Made by a program: the position numbers and the translations under genes
Shown: positions 24,301 to 35,093 of the stretch, in pieces
How the letters are laid out: each line of letters begins with the position of its first letter
Numbering within the stretch: position 1 is the stretch's first letter
The notes under the pieces: generated by a model
Seen by the model: only the letters and a program-made list of their open reading frames with translations
Told to the model about the DNA's origin: nothing
Database searches by the model: none
DNA from: Reclinomonas americana ATCC 50394
Lineage: Eukaryota
DNA length: 40,861 bases
Direction of reading: 5' to 3'
Assembly (NCBI GenBank): GCA_048213135.1
Contig: PS015309.1
Span: forward strand, 1 to 40,861

Positions 24301-27300
24301 NNNNNNNNNNNNNNNNNNNNNNNNNNNNNNNNNNNNNNNNNNNNNNNNNNNNNNNNNNNNNNNNNNNNNNNNNNNNNNNNNNNNNNNNNNNNNNNNNNNN
24401 NNNNNTAAAGCGCACCGACTTGGAGGTGTTACCGGCGTTGCCAATGAGAATGGAGCCCGGAATGCCACCAGTCGACGGAGCGCCTCCCAGGATTCGCAGA
24501 TCGCCACCATCGCCGGCAGTTGCACGAGTGGTACGCTGCAATTGGAACTCGGTGCCCACGGCGGTGCCAACAAACAGCACGGAACCAGAGGACACGGAAA
24601 CAGTCGGCGACGCCGACGTCATGACAAGAGTACCGCCGACCTGCAGCGTGGTCGACTGCACAGTGGTGGTCGCACCCGTGCGCCCCACAATCACTGAGAC
24701 GGCGCGCTCGGCGCCCACCAACACACTGCCGCCGACGGCTGCCGGAGTGGCGCCACTGTCCACGTATCTGTGTTGACATGGTGGCAGTGAGGGGGGATGA
24801 AAAAATACACGAACACGCAACGCCAACCCCTTGACCGTGACGCAACATAGCTCCTGGCGTGGAGCCAGTGGGACTGTCCTGGCCGAGCAACTTGAGGTCG
24901 ACGCCGTTGGAACCAGCCGAGGAGGGCCTCGTCACCACAAACACCGTGGAGGACGAGGACGTGCCCAGGAACAGCTGAGAGGACGCTGGCTCCAAACGCA
25001 GCGGTAGCGCACTGTCGGTAGTAATCGAGGCTCGAACGAGAAGACCGCCAATGAAGGTGGCCACCGGTGTCACTGCAAGGCTACCGGCAACGCTCACTGC
25101 ACCTCCGCTGCGTCCAATGGCCACAGACGGTGTGGAGGCGCCAGTGCCGAGTCGAACCTCGGTGCTCCCGTTCAAGTCAATCACTTGCGCTGTCGCACTT
25201 ACCTGTATCACGTGCGTGTCAGTGCACATGTTTTCTTCTGCTTCTTCTTATTAAAACCGCTTAACACACGAAACAGTAGCAGTACTCAAAGACCCGAGGA
25301 TCAACACTCCGGAGACCGCCGCTGTCCCAGTGCCGGGTGGCGGTGTGATACGCAGACTGCCACCGGCGCGGTTGGCCGCCGTGGGTGTCGGTCGCGTTAT
25401 GCTAAATGTTCCCTGGTCCTCAACGCCGAGAACCAGCGTCTGCGTCGTCGACGCCGTGAGAGCGCTGTTGCTTGACATGTCGATCGAGCCGAGAAACTGC
25501 AGGTGTGTCGCGCCAGTGAGCACCGAGCACGCAACGAGATGAAGAAGAAGACATGGAAGGCAGTAGTACCTGCACACTGCCCTGCGCAGTGACGGCCGAT
25601 GCAAACGTCGTCGTGCCAACCACACTGATCGAGTCGGCCGCCGCAGCTCCAAGCTGCACGGCGCCAGCAGCAAATGTCGCAGAGCCACGTCCTCCAGCCA
25701 GTATCCTGCCAGTGACGAGAGCGGATGAGAAACTGTGCGATCGGTGGACGTCGAGGGTCGCGGGCAGTACGCAACAGTGGGCCACCATTGCCGGAGGAGT
25801 TGTCCTGGCCAGCAAGGGTGGTCGACGTGGCACCACCACCTCCGCCGGCAATGGTGGGTCGTGTCACAGTGAAGCTGGCGCCACTGGCCGATGTGCCGAG
25901 AAGAATTCTCTGATTGGAGGACTGGATAGACAGGTTGCCGCCGGCAACGTCGCTCAACACTGGTGTCTGCACTCCGACTGTGACAGACACCTGGAGTGTA
26001 TCGTGGAATTCAGTCACTTATTACACAAGAGAGAGAGGGCGGAATCAGCGGCGACGCACCGTGCCAGCGATGGTGGTGGCACTTGTGGCTGACCCAATGG
26101 TGATGAGGGGAGTGGAGATGGTGCCGAGGCGCAGTTGTCCAATGGAGTCGACCGAGGTGATGGTGGCCGAGGTCACCGTCACTTGCGGGGTGCTGGTGGA
26201 CGCGCCGATTTCCACGTTGCCGGCAGAGCCACCATACACTCGCAACACATTGGTGACGCCTGGTCGGCGAATGGTGAAAATCGACTGCGCCGAGGTGCCC
26301 AGAATCAGATCCGACGTGTTTGGCGACAACAGTGTGGCGTTGTCCAGGCTCAGAGCGCCGAGGACAAGTGGGTTGACCGGAGCCAGGAAGGTCACCGGGC
26401 CGTTGAATGTGGTGTCGGAGAGCACTTGCAGCGGTTTGCCGGACTGACCGACACGTACCTGCATGCACAAAGCAGGGACGTCGCCGTGTTAGTATCAACA
26501 CGCCCACCAGGAGATGCAATCGGCCGAGAGACGCACAGAGCCACTTGATCCACCAACGACCACGTCGCCGGGAGTCATGCCGCCACCCGCATCGACGTAA
26601 CTGCGGTACGACGGTGGTGAGTGAGAGAGAGACGAAAATCGACAGTGGGCATTTGACACGACGCAACACATCGCCTCCACGTGCACCCGTGGCCGTCTGA
26701 CCAAGCAACGATGTGCGAGAGCCTGCTGCCCCGTCGCTGCGACTCGGACGCCCGAGGATGAACGCGTCAGTGTCGCCAAAATTAACCTGGTCGCCATAGG
26801 GCGCCACCGACAACGCCGACACGGACGACGATGTGGTGATGGTGGCAAGCGAAAGCGCGCTTTGCATCTACGCTCCACCCCCACAATCAATTGAGTGAAC
26901 GTGCGATGATTGACGGAGGGAGAGAAAGGGGGCGACGCAACCTGGACGGTGCTGCTGCCCGCAGACAACACCAACGGCAGATCCGGCGAACTGATGCTGA
27001 ACTGTGATGCCGACATTTGCAGGGTTGCCGTGCTGCTGGTCACGGCAAGCGTGATGCGAGCGGAGCGCGCTGTTCACCCACGCACTGCGTATGAGACACA
27101 ATGCACAACACACAGAGGAGGCGTGAAGTCAAGGCACGCACATGAAAGCTGCGTCTGGAGCGACAACAGGCTGTCGTTGTCGGCGGAGAGCACAGACAGC
27201 TGATTGACGAAGGAACCGGTGGAGGGGAACGTGATACCACCAGCGGCCGGAATGGTGAGTGCCGTGATGCCGGCAGACGTGAGAATGCGCAATCCGACAG

Positions 27301-27403
27301 GATCGGCCACAATGGTGTAATACTCGGAGAGATCCGGTCGANNNNNNNNNNNNNNNNNNNNTTGCATACCACGCAGTGTCGAGTGAGACGAGGTGTCGCC
27401 CAT
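17682..27403 (-). CDS. Giant (roughly 2,300 aa, about 30 exons) tail-fibre-like Gly/Thr/Ser/Val repeat protein with C-terminal peptidase-S74 intramolecular chaperone and coiled coil
   Basis: Exons chain in frame from a putative MGDTSSHSTLR (ATG 27403) through repeats of the form F-x-I-x-R...L-x-L-x-GQ...GGD(L/V)-x-V-x-GG...G-x-V-x-IG to ..CTDFPIQLGAPSDMRL|KEDIVPMEPVRDRLLGLRSVRYRWN..LGFVAQEVEMEFPELI..LVDYSRMTTIIVQAMREQDVEIKQLR..*. Two gaps interrupt the model (23708-24405 and 27342-27361). Confidence 0.8.
23708..24405. other. Assembly gap inside the fibre gene
   Basis: Run of N. The repeat-type coding sequence continues on both sides. Confidence 1.
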
Positions 27404-27590
27404 AATCTCACGCACGCACACACACGAAAAGAAGGCAAATGGCCGATTGGTGGTCAGATGAAATCAGACAAAGTTTCGCCAAGGGTCTCGTGCATTGCCT
27501 GTGCCACTCGTGACGAGTGCATGCATGTACAAACTCAAGCGCGAGAGAGCGTGTGGGGATGGAATGAATAAAAGTCTTGATTGTCGTCGT

Positions 27591-28472
27591 TCATTTGCGC
27601 CGCAAGTCACGCAGCGCCGATTTCGAGCGTGCAAACAGCAGCTCCGACGAGGGCGCGTGAGCTGCAGTGCGTGAGGCCCATTGCGACAAAGAGTCGTGAT
27701 GCTGCCGGCCGCCGTAGCAGTGCCAGATGGTGACAAACGGCGCCGTCTTCTTGTGCGTGTCACTCACTCGCTTCTCGCGTGAGCCGGGCGGCGGAATGTA
27801 GGTGTACCGCCGACCGGCGGCTGGCACCAGATAAAAGGGGAACTGGGTGCGCGCCACTGCATCCTCGTAGTAGTCCTTCTTGTGCATAAAATTGGGCGCA
27901 AGGAGGAACCAAGGACGACTTGATTGGCTGCAGAATCGAGCGATGCGCTGCAAGTGATCTCCGCTGTATGGCTACAGCTCTCATCATCAGCGCCGTCGAC
28001 AGCAGCAGGATGCACCAGGACGAAAAACACCAGACGCAACTGGGTTCGTCAGCAGCACGTCGTACTCCTCCACTTCGCCACTCTCCCACTTGGCGTAGCA
28101 GTCCTCGTTTCGATTGTAGACGTTGGTGAAGCCGAGAGCGGCCATGCGCTGCACCACGCCACCGGCGCAGTAATACGGGTCTGCAGGCCACAGACGTGGT
28201 CAGCAATACGTAGCCAGACAGGTATGGACATCGCAACCACCTACCATAGATCCGCAGCTGACTCGGCGTCTTGCCCAGCATGGCGGCCAGCTGGCGCAAC
28301 ACCGGAGCAATGTCCTCGTACGCCTCTGGCGGTGTTTCGCAGTGGTCATCCTCGTCGACCTCGAATGCATACGCCACAGCAGCTGCTGATGCTGCAGCTG
28401 TTGTCGTTGTTGTTGTCGTGGTTGTTGTGGTGCTCTCCTCCTTNNNNNNNNNNNNNNNNNNNNCGAGACGAC

Positions 28473-28544
<72 letters not shown>

Positions 28545-28664
28545 CTTCTTCAATGGAGGTGCTTCGTCATCGACGTCATCTTCTCGCTCACGTTTTCTGC
28601 TCTGCTTCTCGTCGGCAGGCTCTCCGGCCTTCGGCTTCTTCGCCTTTCTCTCTGTCTCACTCAT
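27591..28664 (-). CDS. Putative SAM-dependent amino (N6-adenine-type) methyltransferase with NPPY motif
   Basis: MSETERKAKK..PLKK|..DDHCETPPEAYEDIAPVL..LRIY-DPYYCAGGV..GFTNVYNRNEDCYA..YDVLLTNP|PYSGDH..PWFLLAPNF..|KTAPFVTIWHCY..DLRRK*. The NPPY catalytic motif is rebuilt across the intron at 28040. Substrate unknown. Confidence 0.7.
28478..28540. repeat. (CA)n microsatellite in the first intron of the methyltransferase gene
   Basis: About 31 uninterrupted CA units next to the 20-N gap at 28444-28463. Confidence 0.95.
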
Positions 28665-28978
28665 CACGACGCGACTTGGAGCAGTGTGGGACAGAGAGTG
28701 CATGAAACAGGACGCGAGGCAGGCGAAGAGGGAAGATGAATCTGAGCAAGAGAAATCGGTTTTTTGCTTGAGGGTTGTTGGAGAGCGGGACTGTGTGCGC
28801 GTGTGTCTGCGAGTGTTGTGCGTGTACGAGCTGCTCGAGTGTAGAGCACCGCATTTGGATCGCCAGCCAGCAAGCAGCGTACTCGTCATCTTGTCGTGTC
28901 GCGTGATCGACAACGAGTTGTTCGCTTTTCCTCCTACACAAGAATCTCTGGATCGTGTGTCGACGCCCATCGTCGACG

Positions 28979-31900
28979 ATGCGAACGTTACGAGGCGAGA
29001 TGCGAGTGCCACTGCTCTGCGTTGTGCTGCTGCCGGTGCTGCTGTTGTTGCTGTGCGCAAGTGCAGTTGGTACGTGTCACACGTTTGCATCGCGCGAAAG
29101 AGAGCAGTGAATCGCCGTGCCCGTCATCTGACTTGCATGTGTGTGTCATAGTGCGGGCCGATGAGTTTGTGGTGCGCCACGCCCATTGCTCACGACAGCT
29201 GACGCTGTCGACGACCACGATTTTCGCACCGGCGGCACTGTGTGCCGAATTGCATGACGCCGAGACGGTGGTGGACTTCTCTGTTTCGTTTACCATGAAG
29301 AAGCCGACTGGTCCGCTCTACGTGCGCGTCCATCACCTGACGACGGAGACGAGTTTGAGCGCGTCGGCCCACCTCGACGGTCGTCCAGTGCCGGTGCAGA
29401 TCTCGGGTGAGTTTTCGACATTCTTCGTGCCGGCCGGAACGTCGACAGTGGCGATTGAGGCCACTGCCTCGCTTGTGCGCATCGAGTACCAGAGCGCCGA
29501 CGCACGGAACACCAATGCGGAGTGGAGCAACGCTGCCGAACTGGTGGCGACAACGATTGTGGCCACGGGCGCGATGGAGTGCGACCCGCTGACCACATGC
29601 TCCGGCGGTGGCACATGCAACACCGACGGCACATGTGCGTGCTTCTCTGGCTTTGGTGGCGCCAACTGTGCGTGCAATCCGTCGGTGACCTGCCGCGGGC
29701 ACGGTCGTTGCAACGCCGACGGAACGTGCCAGTGCTTCCCCAACTGGAAGGGAGGTGTGTAGTGTGTGCGCACCGTGCACCCGCAGCGCAGCGTTGAAGG
29801 AAGACACTGAGTCGCGCGCCTGCACAGATCAATGTGCTTCGTGCAACACGGACTGGTTCGGAGCCGAGTGTTCGCGCTACTGCAACGCGTCGCAGACCTG
29901 GTACGTACATGTCGTGCGCACGGGTGAGGTGTTGAGACAGACCACTGACCACTTGAGAACTTGCTTGTCGACGTCAGCCGTGGCAATGGATCCTGCAGTG
30001 CCGGCGACGGTGCATGCCTCTGCTTTGCTGGCTTTGGAGGATCGAACTGTGCGTGTGCCAAGTCCACCTGCGGCAACTATGCCATTTGTGATCCGACTGG
30101 TGTTCTCGGCGAGTGTGTGTGCCCGGCCGGCTTCGGCGGACCTGCGTGCACATGCTCCAACGCAATCAACTGCAACGGCAACGGCTCGTGTCGTGCCGAC
30201 GGCACCTGCCAGTGTGATGCAGGTGCTGGCGGTCCGAACTGTGCGTGTCGCGATGTCGTCGACTGCAGTGGACATGGTGCGTGCCAAGCCAATGGTTCGT
30301 GCTTGTGTGCACAACCGTTTGGAGGCAAGAGCTGCGCCTGCGACGAGAGCAAGTGGTGAGTGATATTTGAAAACCCCCCATTTTTTCGTATGTGTCGCTG
30401 AGCAACACTCGCCGCCTGTTGCAGCACACCGGGTCGCAGTACCTGCGACAAGAACTCCACCGACGGCTCATGCTCGTGTTTGCCTGGCTGGTTCGGTGCG
30501 GACTGCCAGTGCGATCCCAACACGTGTGGCAAGTCGGCCGGTCGTGGAGACTGCGCAGCCAAGGGCACGAGTGGCGCCTGCGCGTGCGCCGCTGGATTCG
30601 GTGGGCCTGGTTGCCAGTGCTCAGACGCGGTGAACTGCTCCGGCAATGGCACCTGCAATGCTGACGGCACCTGCACCTGCAAGGCTGGCTTTGGTGGCAA
30701 GGACTGCAGTTGTGTCGAGTCGTCGTGCTCGGCCGCCGGACACGGTCGCTGTGATCCGAACAGCACCACTGCGGCGTGCTTGTGTGACAACGGCTTTGCC
30801 GGTCTGCATTGCTCATGCTCACAAGCCAGCTGCGGCTACAACAGCAATCCTGCCGTCTCACGTGGTTCCTGCGATCCGACCAGTGGCAGCGGTGCGTGCC
30901 AGTGTGCGGCTGGGTGGGGTGGGCGGAACTGTTCATGTTTGGAGTCCGGATGCGGCCATGGTAAGTGCAATCCATCCGCATCCGACGGCTCGTGCCTGTG
31001 CGATGCACCGTACACGGGTGCCGACTGCAGCTGCAATTCGACCACTGACTGGTGAGGGGAGAGAGAGAGAGAGAAGCCGCAGCGTGTGATGATTGTTTGT
31101 TGAATTTAACGTTTGTTCGCTGCACAGCTCAGTGACTCTCGGTCAGGGGCAGTGCGACAGCAGTGGGCTGCGCGGCGCTTGTGTGTGCGGCATTGGTTTC
31201 GACGGCCTCCATTGCTCATGTCGCAATGCCAACTGCAAGAACAGCACCTTCTGCGATCCGTCGGCAAGTGACGGTAGCTGCCTGTGCTCGGACTCGTTTG
31301 TCGGCAAAGATTGCGGCTGCGACGGAGCTGTCGAATGGTGAGTGAGAGTTCTGCAGGCGACTACGTGTGGACGTAGGCTTACCACACACTTGCAGCAATG
31401 TGAGCAACAACGGCGTGAAGCAGGGTTCGTGCGACGCTCATGGAACCAACGGTCAGTGCGCATGCGAGAACGGCTGGGTCGGCAGCACGTGTCAGGTGGC
31501 CTGCAATGCTGCCACCGACTGTTTCGGCAACGGGACGTGCAATCCCGACGGCTCATGCGCGTGCTTTGAGGGTTTCGGCGGCCTGAACTGCGCGTGCGAC
31601 AGCCGTCACTGCAGTGCGATTTCGTCGCGCAGTCAGTGCAACGCGCTGGCCACCGATGGCTCGTGCATCTGCGAGGCTCCGTGGAGTGGTGCCGACTGTC
31701 AGTGCAACTCGCAGTCTGCCTGCTCGACTGCCCTCGGTCACGGCCAGTGCGACCCGCACGGTACTAACGGCGCGTGCGTGTGCGAGCCAATGTGGGGTGG
31801 TCGCGACTGTTCGTGCTCTGAGTTGCGAAGAAGAAGAAGAACAGCATCGCAGCGGTCAGCTGTAGTGCACTTGTGAATCTCACCCCACCACTGCCTGTGT

Positions 31901-34869
31901 GAACATACAGAACCTCGTGTGGCTTCCCGTCGCGTGGTTCGTGCGATCCGCTGGCCACCGCCTCAAGCTCGTCGCAGTGCATTTGTGCGGGAAACTACAC
32001 CGGTCGTGACTGTGGCTGCGATGCGGCTGCTGACTGCGGTATTGCGAATGGTCGCGGAGAGTGCGACGCCAGTGGTGTGAACGGCAAGTGCGCGTGCCAC
32101 GGAGGATTTGGTGGCCAGAACTGTGCCTGCACCGAGTCTGTGTGCGGTGCCGACAGCGGGCGAGGCAAGTGCAACCCGACCGCCACAGACGGCTCGTGTG
32201 CCTGCATGGCTCCGTGGACTGGCCTCGACTGTGCGTGCAACATGGCCTCGGACTGCGGCGTCGGCGATGGTGAGCGTGACTGCAAGGGACAGCGCTGCGC
32301 GCTTGTGAGAAACTGACAGCTAGTGGTCTCTTGCAGATCGCGGGCGCTGCAACACTGCAAGCACCGAAGGCCGATGCATCTGCAACAGTGGTTTTGGTGG
32401 CCGTCAGTGCGACTGTCTGCATTCTTCGTGCAATCAGCCGAACGGCATGTGCGATCCGGAGTCGTTCACCGGTGCCTGCCTTTGCAATTCACCTTGGTGC
32501 GTCACGCAACAACGGTCCGTCGTGTACCATGCACTTGCAGTGCACTCACTCGCACGCATATTGTTACAGGACTGGTGCCGACTGCTTGTGTGACTCTAAG
32601 TCATTCTGCAACGTCAGCAGTGGCCAGGTACGGCACCAAAGAATAGACACGAGCAACTATTTGTGCAGAGGAGCTGTTGCTGATTGACGAGAGTGCTGCT
32701 ACACCCAGGGTTCGTGTGCAACGAACGGCACGCACGGAAGCTGCACATGTGCTGCCGGTTGGCTCGGCGCCACCTGCTCCGACGTGTGCGACTCGGACAC
32801 GTACTGCTCGGGTCGCGGAACGTGTGGTGCGAACTCCACGTGCACGTGCAACGCGTCGTGGACCGGCAACGCCACATGTTCAGAGTGCACGCCCGGCATG
32901 TACGGAGCCAGTTGTGATGAGTCATGCGCAGTGTGCGACACTGCTGGCACAGAGCGGTGCTCCGACGGCACTGCTGGAACCGGTTGCGTGTGTCGTGCCA
33001 CATTTACAGCGGCGACGTGCGACACTTGCGTGGCGGGTAGCTTTGGTGTCTCTTGCACACCGTGCGCGTCGTGTGTGGCCAGCAACACCACCAGCTGCGA
33101 CAGCGGGCGCACTGGGCGGGGCTGCCAGTGCAAGACTGGCGCCGCTGGTCCGCTGTGCCAACACACCGACATTGCCACGTGCAACGGCCGTGGTGCGGCG
33201 CAGGCCGACGGCTCGTGCATCTGCTCGGGTAACTTTGCTGGTGCCTCCTGCACCGAGTGTGCCAAGGGCTACTTTGGCGCCAACTGCAACAGCGCTTGTG
33301 TCACATGGTCTGTTGGCAGTGGCGACGCATGTATGTAGTTGACGTCGCACTCATATCCTCCACCACCACAGCGCGCTAAACAACACACTCCAGTGCGAGG
33401 ACGGCATCAGTGGCCGTGGATGTGTGTGCCAGGCAGGCACAGCCGGATCTCGGTGCCAGTACACGGATGCGCAGACTTGCAGCGGTCATGGCGTGGCACA
33501 GGCTGATGGTTCGTGTCGGTGCGACTCACGCTGGCAGGGTGCCGCGTGCTCGGAGTGTGCCGTCGGCTACTTTGGCGCCGACTGCTCCAGTTCATGTGCC
33601 TTGTGGTGCGCTTCGTGTGTTCTTCCTCCTTTGCTTTCGTGTTCACACAATTTTTGCCAACGCCACGTCCCTGTTCTCCTTCTCCAGCACGGCCGAAAAC
33701 ACGGCATCATGCAGTTCGGGTCTTACCGGCACCGGCTGCATCTGCAACGCCGGCGCCGTCGGTTCGCTGTGCGAATTCTCCGACGCGGTGACGTGCTCTG
33801 GACACGGCACAGCGCAGACCAATGGCACTTGCCTGTGTGCGACGCCCTGGAGTGGTACTGCGGCCGACTGTTCCAAGTGCGCCGCTGGTCTCTTTGGCAA
33901 GACTTGCACCGATTCGTGCACCTCGTGTTTCGCCAACGGCACCACGTCGTGCCTCTCCGGCACCACTGGCTCGTGCGTGTGTCGCACTGGGTTTGCCGGC
34001 AAGTTCTGCGACGATTGCACCACTGGCCGCTTCGGCAGCGACTGCTCTGGCAGTTGCAGCGCATGGTAAGTGAGAGAGAGAGAGAGAGACTGTCGACACC
34101 CACGTGATGTGATGCTTACGCCCTTGCACACAAACGCACACACACACACAGCAACACGGAAAACAGTACAACGTGCGACTCGGGTCGTGCTGGCGGTTGC
34201 CGCTGCCGCAGCGGCACTGCCGGCCCTCTGTGTCAGTATTCGAACGAAAGCACGTGCTCAGGGCACGGAGTGGCGCAATACGATGGCTCATGCATCTGCG
34301 ATGCGGCGTGGAACGGCAATGCGTCGTGTAGCGAGTGCACCGTCGGCTTCTTTGGTAGCACGTGCCAGAACAAGTGCTCACAGTGCGACAGCACCGGAAC
34401 TGCATCCTGTGCGTCGGGCACGTCAGCAACAGCCGGCTGCAAGTGCGCTACGGGCTTTGCTGGCCTCCTGTGCAGCGACTGCGCGGCTGGCCGCTTCGGG
34501 GCACAGTGCCAGAGTCGTTGCGCCGATTGTGAAGCGCAGGGTACGCAGTCGTGTTCCGCGGGTCGCCAAGGCTCCGGGTGCGTGTGCAAGGCCAACGTAT
34601 TCGGCGCCAGCTGCGATCAGTGCGCCCCGACACAGCCGCTGTCGTGCACCTCGGCCAACAACGGCTCATGCAATCCAGCCACCAACAAGTGCGACTGCTA
34701 CCCGGGAGTCGGCGGTGCATTCTGCCAGTGTCGTCCGGTCGAGACCTGCAACGGCAAGGGCGTGTGTGCTATTGACGGCTCATGCGTCTGCCACTTCCCG
34801 TACGCCGGCGCCAACTGCACGGATTGTCTGCCAGGGTACAGTGGTCCCAGTTGCACCAAGGTGCAATAA
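28979..34869 (+). CDS. Large (roughly 1,600 aa) secreted EGF-like/laminin-EGF-like Cys-repeat protein
   Basis: Signal-like MRVPLLCVVLLPVLLLLLCASAV (ATG at 28979 or 29000) and a Cys-poor N-domain of about 140 aa. Dozens of CSGxGxCxxDGxCxCxxGFGGxxC repeats follow, switching after about 32750 to units with CxxC (C..C..GxFGxxC). The frame ends GPSCTKVQ* at 34869, with no TM segment seen. Confidence 0.85.
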
Positions 34870-34974
34870 TAGGAGGAGAGAGGGATACGATTTGTTAAGC
34901 GTTTATAGAGAGGGACTGACTGATAAGTGACGATGATGGAGACCATCTGTGTATGTTATTACGCAATGGTGGAC

Positions 34975-35010
34975 AGATAGAAGTAGTAGTAGATAGATAG
35001 ACAGATAGAT
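34975..35010. repeat. Short imperfect (GATA)n tract between convergent genes
   Basis: agatagaagtagtagtagatagatagacagatagat. Confidence 0.6.
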
Positions 35011-35093
35011 GAATGATATGTAGGGTTTTTGATCAAGTGTACCATTTTGTCAACAAACAAAGTCAATAATCATCTACGTGTTGTTTTTCATTT

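Noticed and set aside
17682-28664. Prophage or endogenous virus insertion
   Set aside because: No capsid, integrase, polymerase or terminal repeats were seen. Both genes carry host-type introns and sit among housekeeping genes.
29190-34946. Many long antisense and alternate-frame ORFs over the EGF, fibre and NEO1 genes
   Set aside because: These are expected shadows of GC-rich, repetitive coding sequence. They show no motifs, and several ORFs elsewhere are long only because they span N gaps.
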